Origin: an uncultured Acidobacteriaceae bacterium | GTDB taxonomy: Bacteria > Acidobacteriota > Terriglobia > Terriglobales > Acidobacteriaceae | NCBI GenBank assembly: GCA_963725295.1 | Contig: CAVRYB010000035.1 | Span: 4,246-68,245, forward strand | Length of the DNA stretch: 64,000 nucleotides | Reading direction: 5' to 3' | Part shown: positions 19,973 to 28,664 of the stretch, piece after piece | How positions within the stretch are numbered: position 1 is the stretch's first letter | Layout of the letters: the number at the start of each line of letters is the position of its first letter | Notes under the pieces: model-generated | The model's input: only the letters and a program-made list of their open reading frames with translations | The model's database searches: none | Told to the model about the DNA's origin: nothing | Program-made: the position numbers and the translations under genes

Positions 19973-22188
19973 AGCAACTTCTACAAGATGCGCGCACGGG
20001 CGAATTGAAGGTCGCGGAGGTTCCGGCGCCGCAGCTGTTGCCCGGCTGTGTGCTGGTTCGAGCAGCCGCCTCGCTGGTTTCGGCCGGCACGGAGCGGGCC
20101 TCGGCCGAATTCGCGGGCAAGAATTTACTGGCGAAGGCGAAGGCGCGTCCCGATCTTGTGCGCGACGTGACGGCCAAGATGCGGCGCGATGGACTAAGCG
20201 CGACGCTGCAAACTGTGCGATCGCGTCTCGATCAGCCGCAGTCGGTCGGCTACAGCAGTGCAGGTGTTGTCGTGGCGGTCGGGGATGGCGTCACCGATAT
20301 TAACGTTGGCGATCGAGTAGCCTGCGCGGGAGCAGGGTATGCGGTGCACGCCGAGATCGCGTGTGTGCCACGCATGCTGGTGGCGAAGATCCCTGGCGAT
20401 AGCGGTCTCAACGTTTCGTGGGAAGAAGCTGCCTTCGGTACGTTGGGTGCGATTTGTCTGCACGGGATTCGTACATCCGAAGTAGCACTCGGAGATACAG
20501 TCGCAGTGGTTGGCCTGGGATTGCTGGGACAGATTACGGCGCAACTGCTGACGGCTGCTGGATGCCGCGTGTTTGGCATGGATCTTTTGCAGCAGCGCGC
20601 TGATCTGGCGGTGCTCAGCGGTGCCGAAACAGTATGTACGGATGCTCGAGAATTCCGCGATATTTGCTTTCAGCAAACGGGCGGCGTGGGTGTGGACTCG
20701 GTATTGATTACGGCCGAGACTCCAGAGCAGCGAACCCGTGAACCTGGCGGCGGAACTGGCGCGCGATCGGGCGATCATTGTCGCCGTCGGTACCGTTGGG
20801 ATGGAGCTGCAGCGCAAACTCTATTACGAGAAGGAATTGGATTTTCGCATCTCACGTTCGTATGGGCCAGGGCGCTATGACAGCGCGTACGAGCAAAAAG
20901 GGCGCGATTATCCGATCGGGCATGTGCGCTGGACCGAGACGCGCAACATGGCCGCTTTTCTGCAGTTGATTGCAGATGGAAAACTGAATTTGCCGGCGTT
21001 GATCACCCACCGTTTTCCGATGGAAGAGGCAACACGCGCCTACGATTTGATTACCGGAATGACGCGAGAGTTCTTTCTCGGGGTGATGATCAAGTACCCG
21101 GAGATTGAGTTAGCCAACGCTTCGATTTCGCCGGAGAAGATTGCGATCCCGACTGCGCCCGTGTCCACCGGCGCGCTCGGTCTGTGCGTACTCGGCGCGG
21201 GGAACTTCGCACAGAATACGTTGTTGCCCGCGCTGAAGGAGATCCCCGGCGTTTCGTTCGTTGGCGTTTGCAATGCAACTGGTCCACGGAGCCGGAACGC
21301 GGCTGAGAAATTCGGATTCTCCTACTGTACGAATTCAGAGCTGGAACTTCTGCGCGACCCGAAGATCAGCGCCGTCGTCATAGCCACACGACACAGTCTG
21401 CACGCCAGCCAGACGCTGGCAGCGCTCCGGGCGGGGAAGGCGGTCTTTTGCGAAAAGCCGCTTTGCCTGAACGAACGTGAACTATCCGAGTTAGTGAGCG
21501 TGTCGGCGCACGAAAGTGGGCCGCTGCTGGTGGTCGGGTTCAACCGTCGATTCGCGCCGATGGCGGGACAGATGAAAAGGTTTGTCGACGAAATTCACGA
21601 ACCGATAGCGATGCATTATCGCGTGAATGCCGGCTTCATCCCCGCCGATCATTGGGTGAACGATGAAGAGCAAGGAGGCGGCGGATCCTCGGTGAGATGT
21701 GCCATTTCGTTGACTTTCTGTGCTTTCTTGCTGGCGCGTGCCCAGTCGAAGTGCAGGCGCAGAGTTTGGGCAACGCTGGACAATACAGTACGGACAACAT
21801 AGTTGCCACGCTGAAGTTCGCGAATGGCGCGCTGGGGACGATCAGCTATCTGGCGAACGGTGATAAGTCGGCGTCGAAAGAGCGGATCGAAGTGTTCGGC
21901 GGCGGCTCGGTGGTGATTCTCGAGGATTTTCGATATCTCGAACTGGTTCGCAACGGGCGCAAGCAGATCACGCGCGCTCGCTGGGGACAGGACAAGGGGC
22001 ATAAGGCAGAGATGCAGGCCTTTGTGGACGCGCTGAAGGGGAAGACTCCAGCGCCGATCCCTCTGGAGCAGATCATTGGTTCGACACTTACGACGTTGCG
22101 GCTAAAGAACTCCTGTCAGACGGGACAAGCGCTGACCATCAACCTGAGCGAATTCGTGGATGCGGCTTTGGACGAAAGACCGCACTGA
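19969..22188 (+). pseudogene. Bi-domain oxidoreductase (Zn-ADH/MDR-like N-terminus + Gfo/Idh/MocA C-terminus), two frameshifts
   Basis: MKQLLQDARTGELKV...VGLGLLGQITAQLL...VLITAET reads in frame 1. SSEPVNLAAELARDRAIIVAVG...CVLGAGNFAQNTLLPAL...FCEKPL...HWVNDEEQGGG reads in frame 2. RILGEMCHFVDFL...ERPH is back in frame 1. Breaks lie near 20716-20726 and 21678-21684. Total length 2220 nt = 3n. Confidence 0.75.
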
Positions 22189-22237
22189 ACAGTCTGCGGC
22201 AAGACCAGCGCAAGATATCGAAGGGAATAAGTCGTAC

Positions 22238-23983
22238 ATGCTGATTCTGGGCCTAAATATGTTTCACGCCGATTCCTCGGCGGCGATTGTCGATGATGGA
22301 AAAATTTTGTTTGCCCGTCGCGGAGGAGCGGTTGAACCGGCACAAACATTACGGCGGCTTTCCGGCGCTTGCGGTGAAAGCATGCCTGGACGCAGCGGGC
22401 GCGAAGATCACCGATGTGGAGCACGTTGCAGTTGGGCAAGACAGCGATGCCAATCTCGCGAAGAAAGTGCAGTATGCCTTGGCAAATCCCGCCAAAGTGC
22501 TGAACTTTATCAAAATGCGGCAGCGCAAGGAGTCGATGCGCGACGTGCGCTCACTCTTGTCGAAAGCGCTGGACGTTGATGTTGTCGACCCTGAAATTTC
22601 GGGAACATCATTTCAGAACATCACATCGCGCACATCGCGAGCTCGTACTACTGTTCGCCTTGGGAAAGGCGGCGGGCTTCAGCTACGACGGCTCGGGAGA
22701 TTTTGTTTCCACGATGACCGCGCGTTGCGAGGGGCCCGAAATTCAGGTTCTCGACCGCGTTTTTCTCCCGCACTCGCTCGGCAGCTTTTACACCATGATT
22801 TGCGACTTTATCGGATACAGGAAGTACGGCGATGAAGGCAAGGTCATGGGGCTGGCTCCATACGGCAAAGATACATATGTGGAGCAGATTCGGAAAATCG
22901 TCGCGCTCAAAAATGGCAGCTTTCAGCTGAACATGAGCTACTTCAAGCCGCTGGGGAGCAGCCAGGGAATGCAGGTTCTACCAGACGGAACCGTGCGGCT
23001 GGCGCGGCATTTCTCTGACAAGATGGAGAAGCTCTTCGGTTCTCCGACGGAGCCGCACGCTGAAATCACGCAGCGCGACATGGATCTCGCGTACGCCATG
23101 CAACATGTTTTCGAGGAAGTGTTCTTTCACCTTGCCAACGAACTGCACAAGAGTGTTCCAAACGAAAATCTTGCCATGGCCGGAGGGTGTGCGCTCAACA
23201 GCGTGGCAAATGGAAAGTTGTTTGCGCGAACACCCTTCCAGCGAACCTGGATTCAACCCGCTGCAGGCGACGAAGGCTTGGCGATTGGAGCGGCGCTGCA
23301 CACTTATCACTCTGTGCTGAAGCGCCGCGCCGCGAGCAGATCGATCATGCGTACTCGGACCGGAATTTTCCGAGTCGCAAGTCAAAACCGCGTTGGATAG
23401 TGCCGGCGTAAAGTATCAGCGCCTGGATCGCGAGCCTTTGCTGGATGCGGCTTCCGAACAGATGGTGAAGGGCAATGTCGTCGGGTGGTTTCAGGGTCGC
23501 ATGGAGTGGGGGCCGCGCGCTTTGGGCAATCGATCGATTGTGACGCATCCGGGACTGCCCGATATGAAGGACGTACTAAACGCACGCATCAAGCATCGCG
23601 AGTGGTTCCGGCCGTTCGCTCCGGCGATTCTGGCCGAGGCGCAGCACGAGTATTTTGAACACGATCACCCATCGCCCTACATGCTTCATGTTTACAAGAT
23701 TCGTCCAGAAAAACGAAAGAGTCTGTGCGCGGTCAATCACGTTGACAACACCGGGCGATTGCAAACGGTGGCACGTGACGAAAACCCGCTCTACTACGAT
23801 CTCATTCAGACGTTTGGCCGAAAGACAGGCATTCCGGTCATTCTCAACACCAGTTTTAACGAGAATGAGCCGATCGTGTGTACGCCCCAGGAAGCGATCG
23901 ATTGCTTTCAGCGGACCAAGATGGACGTGCTTGCGATCGGGCCGTTCCTGGCGTGCAAAGGTGATCACAAGGCCAAGGCCTGA
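22238..23983 (+). pseudogene. NodU/CmcH-family carbamoyltransferase, about five frameshifts
   Basis: Family-typical segments sit in different frames: MLILGLNMFHADSSAAIVDDGKILFA | VAEERLNRHKHYGGFPALAV...DVVDPEI | EHHIAHIASSYYCSPWE | KAAGFSYDGSGDF...AGGCALNSVANGK...ALHTYHSVL | APRREQIDHAY | LGPEFSESQVKTALDSAGVKYQRL...GRMEWGPRALGNRSIV...ILNTSFNENEPIVCTP. Breaks lie near 22311-22318, 22596-22601, 22663-22669, 23316-23324 and 23350-23356. Confidence 0.75.
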
Positions 23984-23994
23984 CAACATCTCAC

Positions 23995-25062
23995 ATGGCT
24001 GAGATTCGAGTGGCGACAGCGTCGTCGACGATCAAGCTCCGGCGGATCGCCGCGTTCCCGGACATTCGGGTGCTTGCATGGGACGGTGACGTTCTTTACG
24101 GCTGCCGCGGATACAAGATTGTTCGTCTGCAACCGGGCAAGAGTTTGGAGTGGCAACAAGCCGCACGTTTTCAGCCAGTCGCGTGGAGGAATTTCACCTC
24201 GCGCAACAAGCTGAGCTATCGCCTTGTGCGCGATGGGTTCCACGCACTGGCGGTTCTTCCTGACCAAACCATCGTCGGAGCAGTCCCCGGCGCTCTCGTG
24301 ACCCGGACTCCTGACAGCGACTCGTTCCAGGTCTCCCATCGCATCTCTCGTGGTACTCGCCCGCTGCATATTACCGCTATCCCGTCAGGAAATATCTATT
24401 GGGGCGAATACTTCGATAATCGGGAACGCGCTGAAGTGCATATCTATGGTTCGAGCGACCAAGGCCAAACGTGGCAAGTGGCACATACATTTCCCGCAGG
24501 CAGTGTCCGGCATGTGCATAACATCGTTTACGACAGATGGGAAGACTGCTTATGGATTCTGACCGGCGATGACGGCGTCGAATGCAAGGTGATCCGCGCG
24601 TCGTGCGATCTGCAATCGGTAGAGATTGTGCTCTCTGGAAACCAACAAACAAGAGCTGTAGCTGCGATTCCCGCTCCAGAGGGGTTGTATCTATCGACCG
24701 ACACGCCGTTTGAAAAAAATCACGTGTACCGGTTGGATCGGAAAGGGAAATTCGAACTGGTTGGCGATTTTGCCAGTTCCTCGATCTACGGTTGCCGCGT
24801 TGGCGAGGCGATGTTTTTCTCCACGATGGTCGAACCGAGTGCAGTGAACGCGAGTCGTGAAGTGCATTTGGCGGGATCGCGTGATGGCAGGAACTGGCAG
24901 CGGATGGCTCACTGGAAGAAAGACCGCTGGCCGATGCGCTATTTTCAGTATGGCAACGCGTTTCTCCCAGACGGCGAGAATAAGACCGCTTATCTCGCGG
25001 TGACAACCATTGCAGTGGAGGCCGATGATCTGGTGACAACGTTGTGGGAAGTTGAAACATGA
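23995..25062 (+). CDS. Hypothetical protein, probable beta-propeller with Asp-box (BNR) motif
   Basis: 355-aa intact ORF. Canonical Asp-box SSDQGQTW and a weaker GSRDGRNW. The stop overlaps the next gene's start (ATGA). Confidence 0.45.
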   Translation: MAEIRVATASSTIKLRRIAAFPDIRVLAWDGDVLYGCRGYKIVRLQPGKSLEWQQAARFQPVAWRNFTSRNKLSYRLVRDGFHALAVLPDQTIVGAVPGALVTRTPDSDSFQVSHRISRGTRPLHITAIPSGNIYWGEYFDNRERAEVHIYGSSDQGQTWQVAHTFPAGSVRHVHNIVYDRWEDCLWILTGDDGVECKVIRASCDLQSVEIVLSGNQQTRAVAAIPAPEGLYLSTDTPFEKNHVYRLDRKGKFELVGDFASSSIYGCRVGEAMFFSTMVEPSAVNASREVHLAGSRDGRNWQRMAHWKKDRWPMRYFQYGNAFLPDGENKTAYLAVTTIAVEADDLVTTLWEVET

Positions 25063-26039
25063 GTCTGGCCACACGTTGGAATTACTACCGGCGCATTTTC
25101 AGCGCTTACCTGGGCTCCGGCCGAAGCCAGTTAACGTTCTGGCACGAATCGCCCGAAGAAAATCGGCGAGCCAGCATCGCTAAACTTGGCGAGTATTACA
25201 TGTCATTCCGCGAGAAGGCGGACTACGCCGGGCACCACGACGCCAGCGGTATTCCCATGCTCGACTACCGCGGAGTGATCGGTCTGCAGTACAACCCCAT
25301 TGCGGTCGCGCAGTGGGGGCTCGCAAACTACAACCTCTTGTGTGAGACCAACGACGGCGATCGCCGGCAGAAAGTTCTCAAGGCCGCAGACTGGCTGGTC
25401 GCAAACCTCGAACAGAATGCGCGCGGGATTTGGGTCTGGAATCACCACTTTGACTGGGAGTATCGCAACACGCTGAAGGCGCCGTGGTATTCCGGACTTG
25501 CGCAGGGACAAGGCGTTTCGCTTCTGTTGCGGGCGCATTTGCACTCTGGGGCAGAGAAGTATCAAGACGCAGCCGAACGGGCGTTTGCCGCCCTCACGAT
25601 TCCTATCAGTGAAGGGGGCGTGCTCTTCGAAGATGACCAGAAAGATCTTTGGATCGAAGAATATCTTGTCGATCCTCCGACGCACATTTTGAATGGGTTT
25701 ATGTGGGCATTGTGGGGAGCGTTCGACTATTGGGTGGCGCGGACCGATTCAAGCGCAAAGAACATTTTTGATCGCGGTGTCGAGACGCTGGTCCGCAATC
25801 TGCCGAAGTACGATACTGGCTACTGGTCTCTTTATGAACAATCGGGCACGCGTTTGAAGATGCTCGCGAGCCCCTTCTATCACAACTTGCATATCGTCCA
25901 ATTGCGCATGATGTCGAAGATGACGGGCAACGTTAGTTTCGCGACATTCGCCGGTCGATGGGAAGGCTATGCGCAAAGTGCCAGAAACCGTCGCCGAGCT
26001 CTTCTTGAGAAAGGTATTTTTAAACTGCTGCACTATTAA
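25059..26039 (+). CDS. D-glucuronyl C5-epimerase C-terminal-domain family protein
   Basis: 326-aa ORF. Family-like segments are YNPIAVAQWGLANY, PWYSGLAQGQGVSLLLRAH, PPTHILNGFMWALWGAFDYW and SPFYHNLHIVQL. Confidence 0.6.
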   Translation: MSLATRWNYYRRIFSAYLGSGRSQLTFWHESPEENRRASIAKLGEYYMSFREKADYAGHHDASGIPMLDYRGVIGLQYNPIAVAQWGLANYNLLCETNDGDRRQKVLKAADWLVANLEQNARGIWVWNHHFDWEYRNTLKAPWYSGLAQGQGVSLLLRAHLHSGAEKYQDAAERAFAALTIPISEGGVLFEDDQKDLWIEEYLVDPPTHILNGFMWALWGAFDYWVARTDSSAKNIFDRGVETLVRNLPKYDTGYWSLYEQSGTRLKMLASPFYHNLHIVQLRMMSKMTGNVSFATFAGRWEGYAQSARNRRRALLEKGIFKLLHY

Positions 26040-26066
26040 TAGCCTGAAACAGCGGCTCCAAACATC

Positions 26067-27299
26067 GTGAAGATTCTCTACGTCTCACAATATTTTCCGC
26101 CGGAAATGGGAGCTCCTGCCGCGCGCGCGGTGGAGTTGTCGCGGCATTGGGCCCGGATGGGGCATACCGTCACAGTCCTGACGGGCTTTCCGAATCATCC
26201 CACAGGCGTTGTTCCCGAGGAGTGGCGAGCGCGATTGCGCGGCCTGCATCATACCGAGACTATCGATGGTGTGCGAGTCGTCCGCACGTGGCTCTGGCCA
26301 CTGCCGAATCGCAAGGCGCACGAGCGGATTCGCAACTACGCGTCGTTCTGCTTTTCCGCAGCGATTAGCGGTCTGTTCATCGCCCGACCTGATGTCATTG
26401 TTGCAACTTCCCCTCAATTGCTTTGCGCGCTGGCCGGATGGTGGCTGGCTTTCTGGAAGCGAGTTCCCTTCGTGTTTGAGGTGCGGGACCTATGGCCGGA
26501 GTCACTGGCTGCCGTAGGAGCGGGCGGCGAAGGCACAATGTTGCATCGTACGCTGGGCGCCATTGCGGGGTTTCTTTACCGTCGTGCTAAACGCATAGTC
26601 GTGGTTTCGCCCGCTTTCAAGGACCACCTGATGCGGTACTGGAATGTTCCGGCCGAGAAAATCTCCGTCGTTGAAAACGGAGTCGAGACGGATCTCTTTC
26701 GGTCTGATCCGGCAGCGATCGAAGTGCGAAAGGAACTGCATCTCGAAGGACGATTTTTGGTTTGCTACATCGGCACGATGGGGAACGCGCATGGACTGGA
26801 AACACTGATCGATGCGGCGGAAGACCTGCAGTCCACGCTTCCCCAAGCGCTCTTTCTACTGATTGGCGAAGGGGCGGAAAAGGAACACATCGTGGACCTG
26901 GCGCGGGCCCGAGGGCTAACGAACGTTCAATTTCTTGGACAGCAGCCGCGAGAACGGATTCCCGCTTATGTTTCGGCGGCAGATCTCTGCCTGGTGATGC
27001 TGAAGAAAACGGAGTTGTTCAAGACAGTGATTCCGACAAAGCTTCTCGAATACATGGCGTGCGAACGCCCGGTCATCGTTGGCGTCGACGGACAGGCTCG
27101 CGCAATCGCGGAAGAGGCCGGCGGTGGTTTGTTTGTAGAACCGGAGGACAGCCCTGCTCTAGCGCAGGCGATTCGCAACCTGGCGAACGACGAGCAACTG
27201 CGGCGGCAGATGGGCGCCAGCGGGCGGCGGTACATTATCGGCAAGTTTTCGCGTGAAAAAACGGCGAGAGACTATATTGCCGTACTGAAATCGCTGTAA
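26067..27299 (+). CDS. Glycosyltransferase family 4, WbuB/WcaI-like
   Basis: MKILYVSQYFPPEMGAPAARAVELSRHWARMGHTVTVLTGFPNHPTG is typical of the WbuB-like subgroup. C-terminal motif TKLLEYMACERPVIV. Confidence 0.8.
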   Translation: MKILYVSQYFPPEMGAPAARAVELSRHWARMGHTVTVLTGFPNHPTGVVPEEWRARLRGLHHTETIDGVRVVRTWLWPLPNRKAHERIRNYASFCFSAAISGLFIARPDVIVATSPQLLCALAGWWLAFWKRVPFVFEVRDLWPESLAAVGAGGEGTMLHRTLGAIAGFLYRRAKRIVVVSPAFKDHLMRYWNVPAEKISVVENGVETDLFRSDPAAIEVRKELHLEGRFLVCYIGTMGNAHGLETLIDAAEDLQSTLPQALFLLIGEGAEKEHIVDLARARGLTNVQFLGQQPRERIPAYVSAADLCLVMLKKTELFKTVIPTKLLEYMACERPVIVGVDGQARAIAEEAGGGLFVEPEDSPALAQAIRNLANDEQLRRQMGASGRRYIIGKFSREKTARDYIAVLKSL

Positions 27300-27379
27300 C
27301 CCGGCGCTAAGAAATTGTCGTGCCTAGCAGCACCGTCGTGTGATGCTTGCCACCGAACTGCCTACGGCCCGATCGATCG

Positions 27380-28363
27380 TTACGGGTGCACAGCCACTAC
27401 CGCTAGAGCTGTCGACAGCGACATGGCCGCGTCGGCACTGCGATAGGCGGCGGCTTTGGCAGCGCTTCCGGGAATGAAGAGAACGTCGCCCTTTACCAGA
27501 GCCATATCTGGGGCCTTGGCATACAACACCTTCTTGAGATTGATGGGAATTTCCTGGACGCCGGTGGGTGTCTGCCGCAGGATCCTGGTCTTGTTTAAGG
27601 CTGATGTACGAGTACTCCCACCGGCCAGCGCCAGCGCCTTGAGAACACTGAGAGAACTGTCCTCGATCAGAAAACCGCTCGGTCGCTGTACATCGCCTAC
27701 AACGTAGACTATTCCCGCGCGCGAAACGATGATGGTATCTCCGGGGAAGACGTCCACGTTGTTCTTGGTATCCTCTGCAAGATTTGCGGAGAGTTGAAGT
27801 TCGACTCTCTGTTCCGGATCTCCGCGGTGCTCGATGGTCACATTGCGGCCTGCTTTATCACTCAGGCCTCCGGCGGCGGAAATTAGATCGAAAAGACGGC
27901 GATCGCCGATTGCTGGGTAAGGACCAGGGTGATTGACCTCGCCAACCACTGTGATGGCTTGCGACGCGGATTCGTCAACAAAAATGGAAACGTGCGGATC
28001 GCGAACGAAACCGCCGTCCTCCAGCCGTTTCTGGATCAATTCTTGCGCTTCGTCGCTGCTTAGGTCGGCGACGTGAACGTAGTCAATCAGTGGAAGGTAA
28101 AGATCTCCGGAGCCGCTGACTCTCGATTTGGTGGAAAGATCGGGTACTCCGAACACGCTGATCTCGACCAGATCGCCAACGCCCAGTTTCACGTTGGAGT
28201 TCGCAAGGGCGCGGTGGTTTTGGGGTGTGGCGGGGTCTTTGGCTGGAGCGGGTTGGGACGTTTCGCCAGAGACCGACGTCTGGGCCAGCAACTGCAGGCT
28301 GCAGAAAGCAACCAAAAAAATGCAAACACTTTGGAAAAGTACGTGACGGTTGGGCCCGGACAT
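27380..28363 (-). CDS. Polysaccharide export protein (Wza-like: Poly_export + SLBB)
   Basis: Signal-peptide-like N-terminus. KLGVGDLVEISVFGVPDLS...SGDLYLPLIDYVHVADLSSDEAQELI...VVGEVNHPGPY, then an SLBB-like repeat. Confidence 0.8.
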   Translation of the reverse strand: MSGPNRHVLFQSVCIFLVAFCSLQLLAQTSVSGETSQPAPAKDPATPQNHRALANSNVKLGVGDLVEISVFGVPDLSTKSRVSGSGDLYLPLIDYVHVADLSSDEAQELIQKRLEDGGFVRDPHVSIFVDESASQAITVVGEVNHPGPYPAIGDRRLFDLISAAGGLSDKAGRNVTIEHRGDPEQRVELQLSANLAEDTKNNVDVFPGDTIIVSRAGIVYVVGDVQRPSGFLIEDSSLSVLKALALAGGSTRTSALNKTRILRQTPTGVQEIPINLKKVLYAKAPDMALVKGDVLFIPGSAAKAAAYRSADAAMSLSTALAVVAVHP

Positions 28364-28664
28364 ACCACGACTCCTAGATTTATGCGTGCCATGAGTTTAA
28401 CACAGGAGGTACGGTGGAATGTGCGCCAAACGCTCCGTTTCGACCGTCGCACGGGCATGAAGAGTTAACGCAAAAGTGCATGCCAAGGCGCCGGAGCGGT
28501 TGCTCCACGGCAACCACGGTTGTATCATTTTAGAAAATCAACATTCGATTTGTGATTCGCCACTGAATCGGGAAGGCCCGTCTGCAAGACGTTTGACTGA
28601 GCTTCTGCGCGCGCCACAAAAAGTGTGACGTGTCAGATGTTCCAGCCGGAAGGGAACTCTGGTT

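Noticed and set aside
1205-23983. Programmed ribosomal frameshifting or transcriptional slippage as an explanation for the broken genes
   Set aside because: There are multiple breaks per gene, in both directions, at unrelated sequence contexts. None has a slippery heptamer or a downstream structure. The gene families involved are not known to use recoding.
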